A stretch of 64,000 nt of DNA from Polyangiaceae bacterium. Its GTDB lineage: Bacteria; Myxococcota_A; Polyangia; Polyangiales; Polyangiaceae. Position numbers and translations under genes: made by a program. Below the pieces are notes generated by a model. It worked only from the letters and a program-made list of their open reading frames with translations. It made no database searches and was not told where the DNA came from. This document shows, one piece after another, positions 50,381-60,412 of this stretch; position 1 is the first letter of the stretch, and the number at the start of each line of letters is the position of its first letter. The stretch is taken from contig CBDCTZ010000016.1 of NCBI GenBank assembly GCA_965222375.1, forward strand, positions 2,048,001-2,112,000, written 5' to 3'.

Positions 50381-50680
50381 TCACGGCGCGCAACAACGTA
50401 TCCCGCAAATATCGTTCGCGGCGCTGCGGTCATTCGCGTTGCCGTTGGCGCAGAGCAAGTCCGCGCTGCCATTGAACCAAAACGAACCACCGCGCAGACG
50501 GCACTGATCTTTGCCGCCCGAATTGGCCTGACAACTGTCTTCCCACTCCCACACGTTGCCGCTCATGTCGAAGAGGCCCACTTCGCCGCCTTCGCACTTC
50601 GTCAGCGACTTCACGGGCATTGCCGCGCCAGCGCCATAGTCCACGCCGTTGCAGGCTTTGCCGTCGTAGATGTCGCCGTA
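50381..50680 (-). repeat. Duplicated 3' end (300 bp) of the FGE-sulfatase gene at 58741-59040
   Basis: Colinear at offset 8360; differences mostly synonymous. Confidence 0.92.
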
Positions 50681-50787
50681 GGTTTTGTTGCCCCCACCCG
50701 TCCGGCGGCGGCAGTCAGAGGTCGTCGTTGCGGACGCGCGTCGATCGCGATGCCGCCGGCGGTCGACCTCCCCCAAAGCCGGGCTGC

Positions 50788-50871
50788 GCGAGACCGAAGG
50801 GAATTCCCCAGGGACCCGCTGCGCGAACTGTGTCCCGATGAACACATTGCGCCAGGTCCCTTCGGTCTCGC
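50788..50871. repeat. 84 bp MITE/REP-like unit with perfect 15 bp inverted repeats
   Basis: GCGAGACCGAAGGGA ... TCCCTTCGGTCTCGC; one arm also occurs at 5621-5636. Confidence 0.75.
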
Positions 50872-51158
50872 TCGCGCGGCAGGGGGAGGTGTGGGGCTCA
50901 CCTGGGCGTGCTGACCTTGCGCGGTGGGGCTTGATCCGTCTCCCACTACTTTGACTTGGGGGGGCCACCGGGCTGTCCGACAAGACAATCGGGTGCTCGA
51001 GGAACTGACGCTCAGACGGCAAGCTCGGGCTCAGCTTCAAGAAACCGCGGACCGGCGCACGTACCCTCGTTCTCGAGTCCCACGACCTGATCCCGCGCCT
51101 ACCCATGCCAGCTGTGCCTACGCGCCGAGTGGGTTGGTGTCGAAACGTTGGGATTCCG

Positions 51159-52421
51159 CTACGGTTTCCACTCCGGCGTGGGCACGCAATCCCAGGTCAG
51201 GCTCGGGTGCTCCAGATCCAGATCGGCGAGCCAGACTTCGCTCGAGGGCAGGTCGAACCAGCTGCCGTAGACGTGGGTTCCGTGGAGGGACTTGAAGGAC
51301 TGGAAGAAGTTTCGCGAGGTGAGGCGGCAGCGCTGTCCCGTCTTCCTGTCGAACTTCACCAGGGACTTCGACGCGCCGATCAGCTCGCCCATGGACGGTG
51401 GATTGGCGGGATCGGGATCGGCGGGCTCGTTCCAGACGACGAGATCGCCATCGACGGCGGGGTAGACCTTGCCGCGGGGTGAACCCGGCGAGTCGAAGGT
51501 GACGCGCTTCGTCTTCTTCGTCGTCAGGTCGTGCACGTAGACCTCGCCGCCACTGCGGTTGAAGGACGTAGAGCCGACGCCAGGGGGATCGCGGTAGTCG
51601 ATCCAGGCGTATTGGGTGCGCTTCGGCGAGCAGGTGCCGTGGGTCTGCCAGGAGCCGCCGTAGTCGAGGTACTCCTTCTCGCCGGTGTCCTGATCGATGA
51701 GATAGATCCTGCCGGCGTCGCAGAGCATCTTGTCCTCGGTGGGGCAATAGGTGAAGCACTCCCCGCCCAGGTTCTTGACCTCGCCGGTTTGTAGGTTTCG
51801 CGCCCAAATCCCACCGGGGAAGAGCCACAACACGTGACGAGGCCCGAGGACGGTGCGCCACACGGAGTTCTTGCCGGCCTCCTCGGGCGTGTAGCGGAAC
51901 GCGATCTTGGTCTCGCCCGTGATCAGGCTGGCGACCTCGACTTGGCCGTCGGCGACGCCGAAGGAGCGCAGGTAGCTGACGTGGTCGCCGTAGACGAAGG
52001 GTTGCAGCAGTGCCTCGTCGACGCGTCGAATGGCAAGGGTGATGTCGCTTCCAACAGATGTGAAGCCGATACCCTTGTTCGTCTCGCTGACGAACCGGCT
52101 GGCTGTGAAGGAATGGCCTCGAGTCGCCGGATTTCTCAGCGGAACGTTCATCGCGATGCGACACCCCGACCCACAGTCCGGCAGATTGTCCGGCGGATAC
52201 GACGTCCAGTTCTTCGGCTTGGTCTCGTGCCAAACTGGGTCCCAGGTGTTGCCCGCCGCCCCGCTACTTCCCGATGCGCCCGCGGCGCCACCGGAAGCAG
52301 CCCCGCCGCCCACGCCTCCGCTGCCACCCGGCTCATCGGATGGGCAACCGGTGAGCACGGCAACCGGGGCGATCCCGCCGAGAACGAGCAGGGCGGCGAT
52401 GGTCTTCAAGGCGTGACCCAT
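51159..52421 (-). CDS. Hypothetical beta-propeller lipoprotein, paralog 2 (420 aa)
   Basis: 'VLTGC' lipobox; highly similar to 52839-54101. Confidence 0.8.
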   Translation of the reverse strand: MGHALKTIAALLVLGGIAPVAVLTGCPSDEPGGSGGVGGGAASGGAAGASGSSGAAGNTWDPVWHETKPKNWTSYPPDNLPDCGSGCRIAMNVPLRNPATRGHSFTASRFVSETNKGIGFTSVGSDITLAIRRVDEALLQPFVYGDHVSYLRSFGVADGQVEVASLITGETKIAFRYTPEEAGKNSVWRTVLGPRHVLWLFPGGIWARNLQTGEVKNLGGECFTYCPTEDKMLCDAGRIYLIDQDTGEKEYLDYGGSWQTHGTCSPKRTQYAWIDYRDPPGVGSTSFNRSGGEVYVHDLTTKKTKRVTFDSPGSPRGKVYPAVDGDLVVWNEPADPDPANPPSMGELIGASKSLVKFDRKTGQRCRLTSRNFFQSFKSLHGTHVYGSWFDLPSSEVWLADLDLEHPSLTWDCVPTPEWKP

Positions 52422-52615
52422 GCCAGCTGTGCCCACGCGCCGTGGCGACGTAGCCGCAGATTGCCGGAATCTCGGCGCGTGACCCAGGCTCGGATGTTGT
52501 GGTTGCCACTGGGCGCGACCGTGGCGCCACGCAGGTCGAAGACAGGTCGATGCTTCTTCCTCACACCGACGCCGTAGGCGCGGCCGCCCGTGGCGTCCGC
52601 ACGCAGTGCGGACAA
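52406..52615 (-). pseudogene. Duplicated 3' end of the 1417-aa gene
   Basis: 'LSALRADATGGRAYG..GAWAQLAWVTP*' matches 54086-54295. Confidence 0.88.
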
Positions 52616-52838
52616 TTGCTCTTGCCGATACACCACCGTAGTCTGCCACCGAATATGCCCCCTGCATTCCAGAGGGAGTTGATTGGTTTGGGGTCGGGGC
52701 GCTGGGTCGCGCTGGGCCGCTCCTCCCGAGCGAGGCCGCGTTGCCGGGTGCGTCGCTGAGAGCGCGGGTCGTTTCAGTGCGGGGGCGATAATGGAGTCAG
52801 ATTGGTGCAGTGCGGCGCGGGCGATCATGCGTGCGTCG

Positions 52839-54101
52839 CTACAGCTTCCACTCCGGGGTCGGCACGCAGTCCCAGGTCAAGCTCGGGTGCTCCAGATCTA
52901 GGTCGGCGAGCCAGACTTCGCTCGAGGGCAGGTCGAACCAGCTGCCGTAGACGTGGGTTCCGTGTAGTGACTTGAAGGACTGGAAGAAGTTTCGCGAGGT
53001 GAGGCGGCAGCGCTGTCCCGTCTTCATGTCGAACTTCACCAGGGCTTTGGACGCGCCGATCAGCTCGCCCATCGACGGTGGATTGGCTGGATCGGGATCG
53101 GCGGGCTCGTTCCAGACGACGAGATCGCCATCGACGGCCGGGTAGACCTTCCCGCGGGGTGAACCCGGCGAATCGAAGGTGACGCGCCTCGTCTTCTTGG
53201 TCGCCAAGTCGTGCACGTAGACCTCGCCACCGCTGCGGTTGAACGACGTAGCGCCGACGCCGGGCGGATCGCGGTAGTCGATCCATGCGTATTGGGTGCG
53301 CTTTGGCGAGCAGGTGCCGTGGGTTTGCCAGGAGCCCCCGTAGTCGAGGTATTCGTTCTTGCCGGTGTTGGGATCGATGGAGAAGACGATGCCATCGTCG
53401 CAGAGCATCTTGTCTTCAGTTGGGCAATAGGAGAAGCAGGCGCCGCCGAGGTTCTTGACCTCGCCGGTTTGGAGGTTGCGCGCCCACAAGCCGCCCACGA
53501 AGAGCCAGAACACGTGCCGAGGCCCGAGGACGGTGCGCCAGACGGAGTTTTTGCCGGCTTCCTCGGGCGTGTAACGGAAGGCGATCTTGGTCTCGCCCGT
53601 GATCAGGCTGGCGACCTCCACCTGGCCGTCGGCGACGCCGAAGGAGCGCAGGTAGCTGACGTGGTCGCCGTAGACGGACGGGAAAAGAGGCGTACCGGGA
53701 TCCAGCGGTATCGCGAACGTCTGACTGCTTGCCGATTTGGTGAATCCGATTCCCGCGGGAGTCTGGCTCACGAATCTCTGTTCTGTGAACCCGTGTCCGA
53801 ACACTGCGTGATTGCGTAGCGGCAAGTTCATTGCGATGCGGCATCCCGACCCACAGTCCGGTAGTTTGTCGGGCGGATGCGACGTCCACTTTTTTGGTTG
53901 GGTCTGGTGCCAGACCGGGTCCCAGGTGTTGCCCCCCGCCCCGCTACTTCCCGAAGCACCCGCGGCGCCACCGGAAGCGGCGCCCCCGCCCATGCCCCCA
54001 CTGCCACCCGGCTCATCGGATGGGCAGCCGGTGAGCACGGCAAAGGGGCCGAGCCCGCCAAGTACGAGCAGGACGGCGATGGACTTCAAGGGCTGACCCA
54101 T
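52839..54101 (-). CDS. Hypothetical beta-propeller lipoprotein, paralog 1 (420 aa)
   Basis: 'VLTGC' lipobox; start overlaps the end of the 1417-aa gene. Confidence 0.8.
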   Translation of the reverse strand: MGQPLKSIAVLLVLGGLGPFAVLTGCPSDEPGGSGGMGGGAASGGAAGASGSSGAGGNTWDPVWHQTQPKKWTSHPPDKLPDCGSGCRIAMNLPLRNHAVFGHGFTEQRFVSQTPAGIGFTKSASSQTFAIPLDPGTPLFPSVYGDHVSYLRSFGVADGQVEVASLITGETKIAFRYTPEEAGKNSVWRTVLGPRHVFWLFVGGLWARNLQTGEVKNLGGACFSYCPTEDKMLCDDGIVFSIDPNTGKNEYLDYGGSWQTHGTCSPKRTQYAWIDYRDPPGVGATSFNRSGGEVYVHDLATKKTRRVTFDSPGSPRGKVYPAVDGDLVVWNEPADPDPANPPSMGELIGASKALVKFDMKTGQRCRLTSRNFFQSFKSLHGTHVYGSWFDLPSSEVWLADLDLEHPSLTWDCVPTPEWKL

Positions 54102-57100
54102 GCGAGCTGTGCCCAAGCGCCGTGGCGACGTAGGCGCAGATTGCCGGAGTCTCGGCGCGTGACCCAGGCTCGGATGTTGTGGTTGCCATTGGGCGCGACC
54201 GTGGCGCCACGCAGGTCGAATACGGGTCGGTGCTTGGGCGGCGCCCCGACGCCGTAGGCGCGGCCTCCTGTTGCGTCCGCCCGGAGCGCCGACAAGGGCT
54301 TTTTCAGGTGAGTCACGCCGCGAAGCTCGGGCTCGGCACTGTTCGAAGTGTCGACATCGAACAGGTGTTTGCCATTGGCAACGAGCACTCGTCCGCCGTC
54401 CACGGCGGCAACTGCCGTCACTCCCTTCAAGAAGCCCGCGAAGTGGCCAAACTTGTTCGCGAGCTTGCAGGCCCACACCTTCGAAGGGTCGACGTGCAGT
54501 GGGATCAGCTTTCCGTGCGGGCCGAGGGGCACCAAGAGGGACATGGAGTGCACGCGCAGCTCGCTATCCAAACCGCCGCCAACAATGGCGAGGCCCAAAG
54601 GAGTCATCACGGCCCAGGAATCGTCGCCCAGGGCCTCGACGTCGTAGGGCGCGCCACACAGCTTCAGCTCGGGGCTCAGGGAAACGCCGCCAGTCGCCAG
54701 GCTTGCCAGACGCACGCCGCCACGGGTGGCAACCAACGCGGTCGTGCCCCTTGCCGCGATGTCGAGGGCCTTGTGTTGGAGGCCCTGGCCGAGCGGCGCA
54801 GCCAGGCTCCCGGCTTCGGAAGCTGCGCGGTACTCGACGCGGTGGGGTCGCGCGAGCCAAAGCGCGCCGTCGCTGACATCCGCGGCGACGATGGGTGGCA
54901 GAAGCTTCGTCTCGTGCAGCAACTCGCCTGCAGCTCCGGAGCAGGTGCCCCCGCCACAGGGGATGCGCCCGGTGCCGGACCACCACGACTTGTCGAGTCG
55001 ACACAGCTGTCCGCCCACTGGGTCTTCAGGCTGGCAGGTCATCAGCTGCCCAGTGTCGTCCAGGGGCTGCCAGCCATGGGTCGTCCGCTCACTCAGCGCC
55101 AGCGCTTCGGGCAGGGCTGGGTCGAAATCCAGACGGGTCAGCTCAGCTGCGATCGGGTCGAAGGCCAGAGCGGACTGGGCGAGCCCCGCGCTCGCTGCGG
55201 AAGTATCCGCGAACATCCGCGTTGGCGCTGCCACGCCCGGGACCGCCGCATAGCTCGCGAGCTGCCACACGTCGTCGTGGCTCTCGCCCATCGCATCCGT
55301 GCCCCCGGCGTAGAGCACGTGGGAGCCGTTGGGCGTGACCGAGAGCTGGGCGCCGCGCCGGGCCGGTAGATCTGAGCGCAGTTTCGCCGTGGTGCCACTG
55401 TACAGATCGACCAGCCACAGGTCCGACTCCAGCGCGCCGTCGACGTTGACGCCGCCGGCGACGAGCAGAAGATTGCCGCGGAGGCGCAAGGCGGCTTCGC
55501 TTCGGTACAGCAGTTCCGGCGGCAGAGCGTGACGCATGGGCCGCTCGCCATCGGGGAGCACGGCTTCAACGAAGCCCGTGGCCAGATCGACGACTGCGGC
55601 CACTCGCCCCTCGGCGTCGGTCACGGCCTGGGCGGCGGAGGACAGCGTGCCGCGCAGCTCGCCGAAGCGAGCGGCTTCATAGCGGATCGTCGTGTCGCTC
55701 ACCTCCACGGGCGCGAGGCGCGCGAAGCGGGCGGGCCGGTCGCTCACGCCGCGCTCGAACACAAAGAGATCCGGCTCGGCGTTGATGTCGCGCTCCGCGG
55801 CCGCGGCCAGCGTCAGCCCCGGCAACGGCCCGCTGAAGCCTCGGTTGCTCTGCAAGGGCGAGATGCTCACGGAGCTGGACGATAGCCAGCTGTCCATCGC
55901 CACCACGCCGAGCTGGGGCGTCATGTAGTTGCCCTCGGCGGGGCGGAGCACGGCCATGGTCAGCAAGCCGGCGTCGTCATGCACTACGCCGCGGACGCGA
56001 CTGAAGTCGCTCCGCACGGGTGACACCGGATCTGGGCCGAACCACAACTCCACCTTCGCGAGCTGTTGCTGCAGGGTGAGCAGACCGCAGGTGATCCCAA
56101 CGGTGAGCGAATCGTGGGCGGAAGTGAGTGACGCGGCGGTTTGCTCGGAGAGGGAGGAGCGTACGAGCCGGCTCACTTGACTATTGACGTTGCGCAACGC
56201 CAACGCGCGGTTCAGCGGGTCGAACTCCGGATCTGGAAACGGCGCGCTCGCGCGCTTCGGCAAGCCGAGGTGATCGTCGAGCTCGACCAAGGACCACACG
56301 GCGTACTCGTACACGGTGCGGGTGTGGGCGCCGTTGAAGATCGAGCCCGGGAACGAAACCAGATCGCCTGGCGAGTAGTGTTGGGTTGGACTGCCGGCAG
56401 GGAACAACGTACTCTCCTGCGTCCAGGCCCAATGGCTCTTGCTGTGGCCCACATCGAAACGCGGCACGGGCAGGACCGAGGGGTTGCACCAGGTGTCCGT
56501 GCGCGAGCAGCCGCTGCGATCGAGAGCGCGCCAACCGCGGCCGCTATAGGTTTGTCGAACTGCCTCGGCGACGTTGTCGCGAAAACACTCGCTTGCGGGG
56601 TCGGCGACGCATGCCGATCCAGTGAGAGGTGCCCCTGTAAGCACACTACGACACGCACACCGATACGCGTTCCCCGCCCAGGTCTTCGCCGCCTCAGGCT
56701 GCGCCGTGTCCCAATACGGATCGTTTGCGCTCGCCCCCCGCGCTGCAGCGGTGCGGGTGAGCACGTAGTCCGTGCCGCGCGCCACGAAGCGCGGCGGCCC
56801 GCACTTCGTGCTGCGCTGAAACAGCGTGCGCCACTTGGTATGGGACACGGGGTACGGGTCACAAGCATCCCCGCGCTGGAAGAACCCGAAGTCATTGTTG
56901 TTGACCGGGTCCGGAGGCCAGTTGACGTTCTCGGCCCAGTGGTTGCTGATGCCTTGGGACGAGGTGACGAGGGTTGGACAGCCGTCAAAGCCGTTCGCCC
57001 CGCGATCCTGATCTTGATCCCAGAAGCCACCAAGTCCGTGGACGGGGTTTTCCCAATTCGGTTCCGGCGGTGGCACGGGCGGAAAGCCGGGCTCGCCGAT

Positions 57101-58339
57101 GCCGACGTACTTTTGGCGGAAGCTCAGGTGGGGGTCGCATTTGCCGGTCAGGCCATCTGCGTCCAGGTCATCTGCGGCAGTGGCGATCTTGTCGAGGCCG
57201 CAGGCGTCTTCGGGACGGGCCTCGATGAAGTCGACATCAACGAAGGACATCTCCGACTTGCCGTCTCCGTCCGCGTCGAAGGTGAACGCGCCATCAGGTT
57301 TCACGACGCTCCACACCGAGTCGGCGTCGAAAAAGGACGTCCCAACAAACTGTCCAGGAAAGCCAAGATTGGCAAGACTTGGGGGCTGAAGGCCTGGGGC
57401 GGGCGCGACGGCCCCGCTTCGCACGAATTCGCACACGTTCCCGGTGCTCGTCGAATTGATGAACACCCGGCTGGGGGCCACCTTGAACAAGAACGACGGG
57501 AGCCTTATCGGCCCGTTGCCGCGGTGAGGATCGAGACACGGTCGGTCCCCCGAAGGGAAATCGACAAACGCAACACTCGTCCCGGCGACGCACTCCAGGT
57601 GGTGCTTGCCCGCCGTGGGATAGAGCACAGGGTGAGTGCCAGCCATCGTTGGCTGCGCGCACGTGTCAAAGCGCGCGAGGGACGCTCGCCATACGTCCGT
57701 ATCTGACACTCGCACGTCGAAGTTGAACTGCTGAGTGTCGCCGTCATGATCGTCGCCACACCAAAAGGAGTCGTCCGCCACGAAGCCTCCGTCACGTCGG
57801 AACATCACGACGAAGCGATAGCGAATGAGGATCTCATCGTCTTGCGCTGCGGCAATACGGTAGGCGGAATAGCCGAGGATCGGCTCACAGGGGCGTAACG
57901 AGTCCGACGGCTCGTCCTTGTCGAAGCGAAATTCGGGCACAAAGCAGTGCGCGATCTGTGCCTCGATCTCGTCATCAAGGCCATTGCCGTCTTGGTCCAT
58001 GTCGCAGCGCGCGGTCAGGTTGGGATCGAGCATCAGCGGCGAGCGCGGCAAGAACTCGCAGGTCGTAGGGAAGTTCTCCAGTGAGATGGTGCTCGGGGGC
58101 GCGAAGGGGCAGCTCTGCGCCCCCGCGCCCGAGGACATCAAGATCAAGCTCGAGGCCAGCAGCGCCGAACCGACAAAGGTGCCCCCCCCCCCGGCCGCTT
58201 GCGTCAACCTGATGGGACTTGGCGCTACCCATCGCCGCTTGGATTCGTCTTCGATGCATCTGCCCACTCCCCGTGAGCTTCCATTCTGACTGCCCGCAGG
58301 TGCACTGGGCAATGTGGGTTCCTGTCCCACCCCGAGCAT
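54086..58339 (-). CDS. Large secreted multidomain protein (Vps62/NPP1-like N-domain, TSP3-like Ca-binding repeats, Kelch/beta-propeller C-terminus)
   Basis: 'DQDGNGLDD', 'HDGD..HPVLY...KH', 'DADGDG', 'GDACD', 'LVAGG..DLW', 'YAGG..DVW'; start uncertain. Confidence 0.7.
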   Translation of the reverse strand: MLGVGQEPTLPSAPAGSQNGSSRGVGRCIEDESKRRWVAPSPIRLTQAAGGGGTFVGSALLASSLILMSSGAGAQSCPFAPPSTISLENFPTTCEFLPRSPLMLDPNLTARCDMDQDGNGLDDEIEAQIAHCFVPEFRFDKDEPSDSLRPCEPILGYSAYRIAAAQDDEILIRYRFVVMFRRDGGFVADDSFWCGDDHDGDTQQFNFDVRVSDTDVWRASLARFDTCAQPTMAGTHPVLYPTAGKHHLECVAGTSVAFVDFPSGDRPCLDPHRGNGPIRLPSFLFKVAPSRVFINSTSTGNVCEFVRSGAVAPAPGLQPPSLANLGFPGQFVGTSFFDADSVWSVVKPDGAFTFDADGDGKSEMSFVDVDFIEARPEDACGLDKIATAADDLDADGLTGKCDPHLSFRQKYVGIGEPGFPPVPPPEPNWENPVHGLGGFWDQDQDRGANGFDGCPTLVTSSQGISNHWAENVNWPPDPVNNNDFGFFQRGDACDPYPVSHTKWRTLFQRSTKCGPPRFVARGTDYVLTRTAAARGASANDPYWDTAQPEAAKTWAGNAYRCACRSVLTGAPLTGSACVADPASECFRDNVAEAVRQTYSGRGWRALDRSGCSRTDTWCNPSVLPVPRFDVGHSKSHWAWTQESTLFPAGSPTQHYSPGDLVSFPGSIFNGAHTRTVYEYAVWSLVELDDHLGLPKRASAPFPDPEFDPLNRALALRNVNSQVSRLVRSSLSEQTAASLTSAHDSLTVGITCGLLTLQQQLAKVELWFGPDPVSPVRSDFSRVRGVVHDDAGLLTMAVLRPAEGNYMTPQLGVVAMDSWLSSSSVSISPLQSNRGFSGPLPGLTLAAAAERDINAEPDLFVFERGVSDRPARFARLAPVEVSDTTIRYEAARFGELRGTLSSAAQAVTDAEGRVAAVVDLATGFVEAVLPDGERPMRHALPPELLYRSEAALRLRGNLLLVAGGVNVDGALESDLWLVDLYSGTTAKLRSDLPARRGAQLSVTPNGSHVLYAGGTDAMGESHDDVWQLASYAAVPGVAAPTRMFADTSAASAGLAQSALAFDPIAAELTRLDFDPALPEALALSERTTHGWQPLDDTGQLMTCQPEDPVGGQLCRLDKSWWSGTGRIPCGGGTCSGAAGELLHETKLLPPIVAADVSDGALWLARPHRVEYRAASEAGSLAAPLGQGLQHKALDIAARGTTALVATRGGVRLASLATGGVSLSPELKLCGAPYDVEALGDDSWAVMTPLGLAIVGGGLDSELRVHSMSLLVPLGPHGKLIPLHVDPSKVWACKLANKFGHFAGFLKGVTAVAAVDGGRVLVANGKHLFDVDTSNSAEPELRGVTHLKKPLSALRADATGGRAYGVGAPPKHRPVFDLRGATVAPNGNHNIRAWVTRRDSGNLRLRRHGAWAQLAWVSP

Positions 58340-58740
58340 CCCGGCGAGTCTCCGCGCGACAAACGCCGATTCGCGAACTGACGCTCGTCAACACCGTGCT
58401 CAGGCGATCGCGACGTGAGCCATGCTCTGGAGAGCTGGGGCATATGCCAGCGACGCGACTCCCAGAGAATCGCAAACCGCCCTCGCTCGCCGGTGTCCGC
58501 GGCGTTGCGCTGCGCCTATCGCCCCAGCTTGGCCCAGGACGAGAGTAGCGGCCCTGCCTGCCCCAGAGAAGCGACCCCAAAAATACAAACGGATGAACGT
58601 CGCTCTTAGCCGCCGTTGTTTCCCCCACTCGGGGCGCCGCTGGGTGCCCGCGGGTGATCAGCGACGAGCTGGCGCTATCCCCAGATTGCTGCGGTCACTG
58701 ACGGGGCCTCGGTCTTTGCGCCCGCTCATGCTGGGAGCGG

Positions 58741-59757
58741 TCAAGGCGCGCAACAACGTATCCCGTAGATATCGTTCGCCGCGCTGCGGTCGTTGGCGTT
58801 GCCGTTGGCGCAGAGCAAGTCCGCGCTGCCATTGAACCAAAACGAGCCACCGCGCAGACGGCACTGATCTTTGCCGCCTGTATTGGCCTGACAGCTGTCT
58901 TCCCACTCCCACACGTTACCACTCATGTCGAAGAGCCCCGTCTCGCCGCCTTCGCACTTCGTAAGCGACTTCACAGGCACCGCCGCGCCAGCGCCGTAGT
59001 CCACGCCGTTGCAAGCTTTGCCGTCGTAGATGTCGCCATACGGGTACTTCTTCGTGCCTTTGCCGGAGCAGGCGTAGAGCCATTGGCTCTTGTTGGCGTC
59101 GGCGTAGTCGCCGTAGGGCAGGGGGCCGCCGCCGACGGCGCCGCACAAGCGTTTGCCTGCCCACTGGCAGTAGGCGAGGGCGTCGCACCAGTCCACGTAC
59201 ACGACCGGGTAGGCATCCTTGCCTGTTGCCGGCCAGCCCTGGGATGGCGTGAAGGTTACGTTCCACGAACAATGCGCCGGAGACTTCGTCGTGGACTGCG
59301 GCGTCACGTTAGCCGCGAGAAACTGAGCGTATTGCGCGTTGGTGACCTCAGTGCTGTCCACGCATTGGGCGCCGACCTGCACCATGGTTGGCCCCTTGCC
59401 CACCGGGCACCCGGCGCTGCCACCGGATCCGCCCGCTGCGCCTCCGCTGCCGGAGCTTCCGCCGCTACCTCCCGCGGTGCCTCCGCTGCCAGAACTTCCC
59501 CCGCTAGCTCCCGCAGCGCCACCGACACTGGCGCCGCCCCCGCTGCTCGCGCCCGCCGCGGCGCCTACTCCCGCGCCACCCCCGCTACTCGTGCCACCAG
59601 CCGCGCTACCACCGGTGCCAGTGCTCGCGCCCGTGCCAGCTTGCCCCCCGCCGCTCGATCCGCCTGTGCCCGTCTGCCCCGCGTCGTCTTCGCTCGTTGC
59701 ACAACTCAGCGCACTAGCAAAGACAACTGCGCACAACGACGGCCGCACCAACGTCAT
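58741..59757 (-). CDS. FGE-sulfatase (SUMF1-like) domain lipoprotein
   Basis: 'DSTEVTNAQY', 'PVVYVDWCDA..GKRLC', 'DMSGNVWEW', 'GIRCC'. Confidence 0.9.
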   Translation of the reverse strand: MTLVRPSLCAVVFASALSCATSEDDAGQTGTGGSSGGGQAGTGASTGTGGSAAGGTSSGGGAGVGAAAGASSGGGASVGGAAGASGGSSGSGGTAGGSGGSSGSGGAAGGSGGSAGCPVGKGPTMVQVGAQCVDSTEVTNAQYAQFLAANVTPQSTTKSPAHCSWNVTFTPSQGWPATGKDAYPVVYVDWCDALAYCQWAGKRLCGAVGGGPLPYGDYADANKSQWLYACSGKGTKKYPYGDIYDGKACNGVDYGAGAAVPVKSLTKCEGGETGLFDMSGNVWEWEDSCQANTGGKDQCRLRGGSFWFNGSADLLCANGNANDRSAANDIYGIRCCAP

Positions 59758-59784
59758 CTCACTCGACTTCCGCGCGATGCAAAC

Positions 59785-60159
59785 TCAATTCACAGACGGA
59801 TCCCGCGCCGCATTGACCGCGCTTGCGAAGCCCTTCGGATCTTCGAGTGAAATATAGAGCGAGTTCCACTTCACAGGCAGATACCAAACGCCCGTCGGGT
59901 ATCTCGAGCGCGTCTCCAACTTGGCGATCCCATCGAGGGAGCCGATCAATCCCAGGGTCTTCGGACCCACGCGCCATCCGATACCGCCAATCAGTGGCCA
60001 GCTCGCGCCGCCGTCGACGTCCACGACGTCCGACAGAGGAACCGTCACGTCGACGGCGCCGAATTTGAAGTGCACCTCATCGTTCTTGAGCTCCGCGTAG
60101 GAGTCATCTCGGCGGCCGCCGAAGACACGAATCAGTGGGCTGAATAGTCCAATCTTCAT
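59785..60159 (-). CDS. Small hypothetical protein
   Basis: Globular-looking ORF 'VPLSDV..GIGWR..LYISLEDP'. Confidence 0.65.
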   Translation of the reverse strand: MKIGLFSPLIRVFGGRRDDSYAELKNDEVHFKFGAVDVTVPLSDVVDVDGGASWPLIGGIGWRVGPKTLGLIGSLDGIAKLETRSRYPTGVWYLPVKWNSLYISLEDPKGFASAVNAARDPSVN

Positions 60160-60412
60160 TGGGAATCGCATTAGCTGGGCCTCCAGCTACGAGGCTAGAC
60201 CCCCCAGGCGTTGGCGCGCAATGGGCCCGACCCGCGCCGGGACTGAGCTTGGTTGGTTTGGGTCGACGCGCTTGTGACCCGCTTCGGGATACCCGACGGG
60301 GTAACACCCGAAGGCGTGAGCACTGCGGCCCGCCAGGCCACTACTCCCGCCCTAGGCCACGCGGCGCCATCGCTCACTGGCGCGCGGACAGTCGGATCCG
60401 TATGCTCCTGCG

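Noticed and set aside
50381..51106. 241-aa ORF as a real FGE protein
   Set aside because: Mosaic of gene-end stubs and an inverted-repeat unit; only the last 99 aa are FGE-like
60300..60313. GGTAACACCCGAAG resembling a 16S rRNA segment
   Set aside because: Only 14 nt with no flanking rRNA similarity
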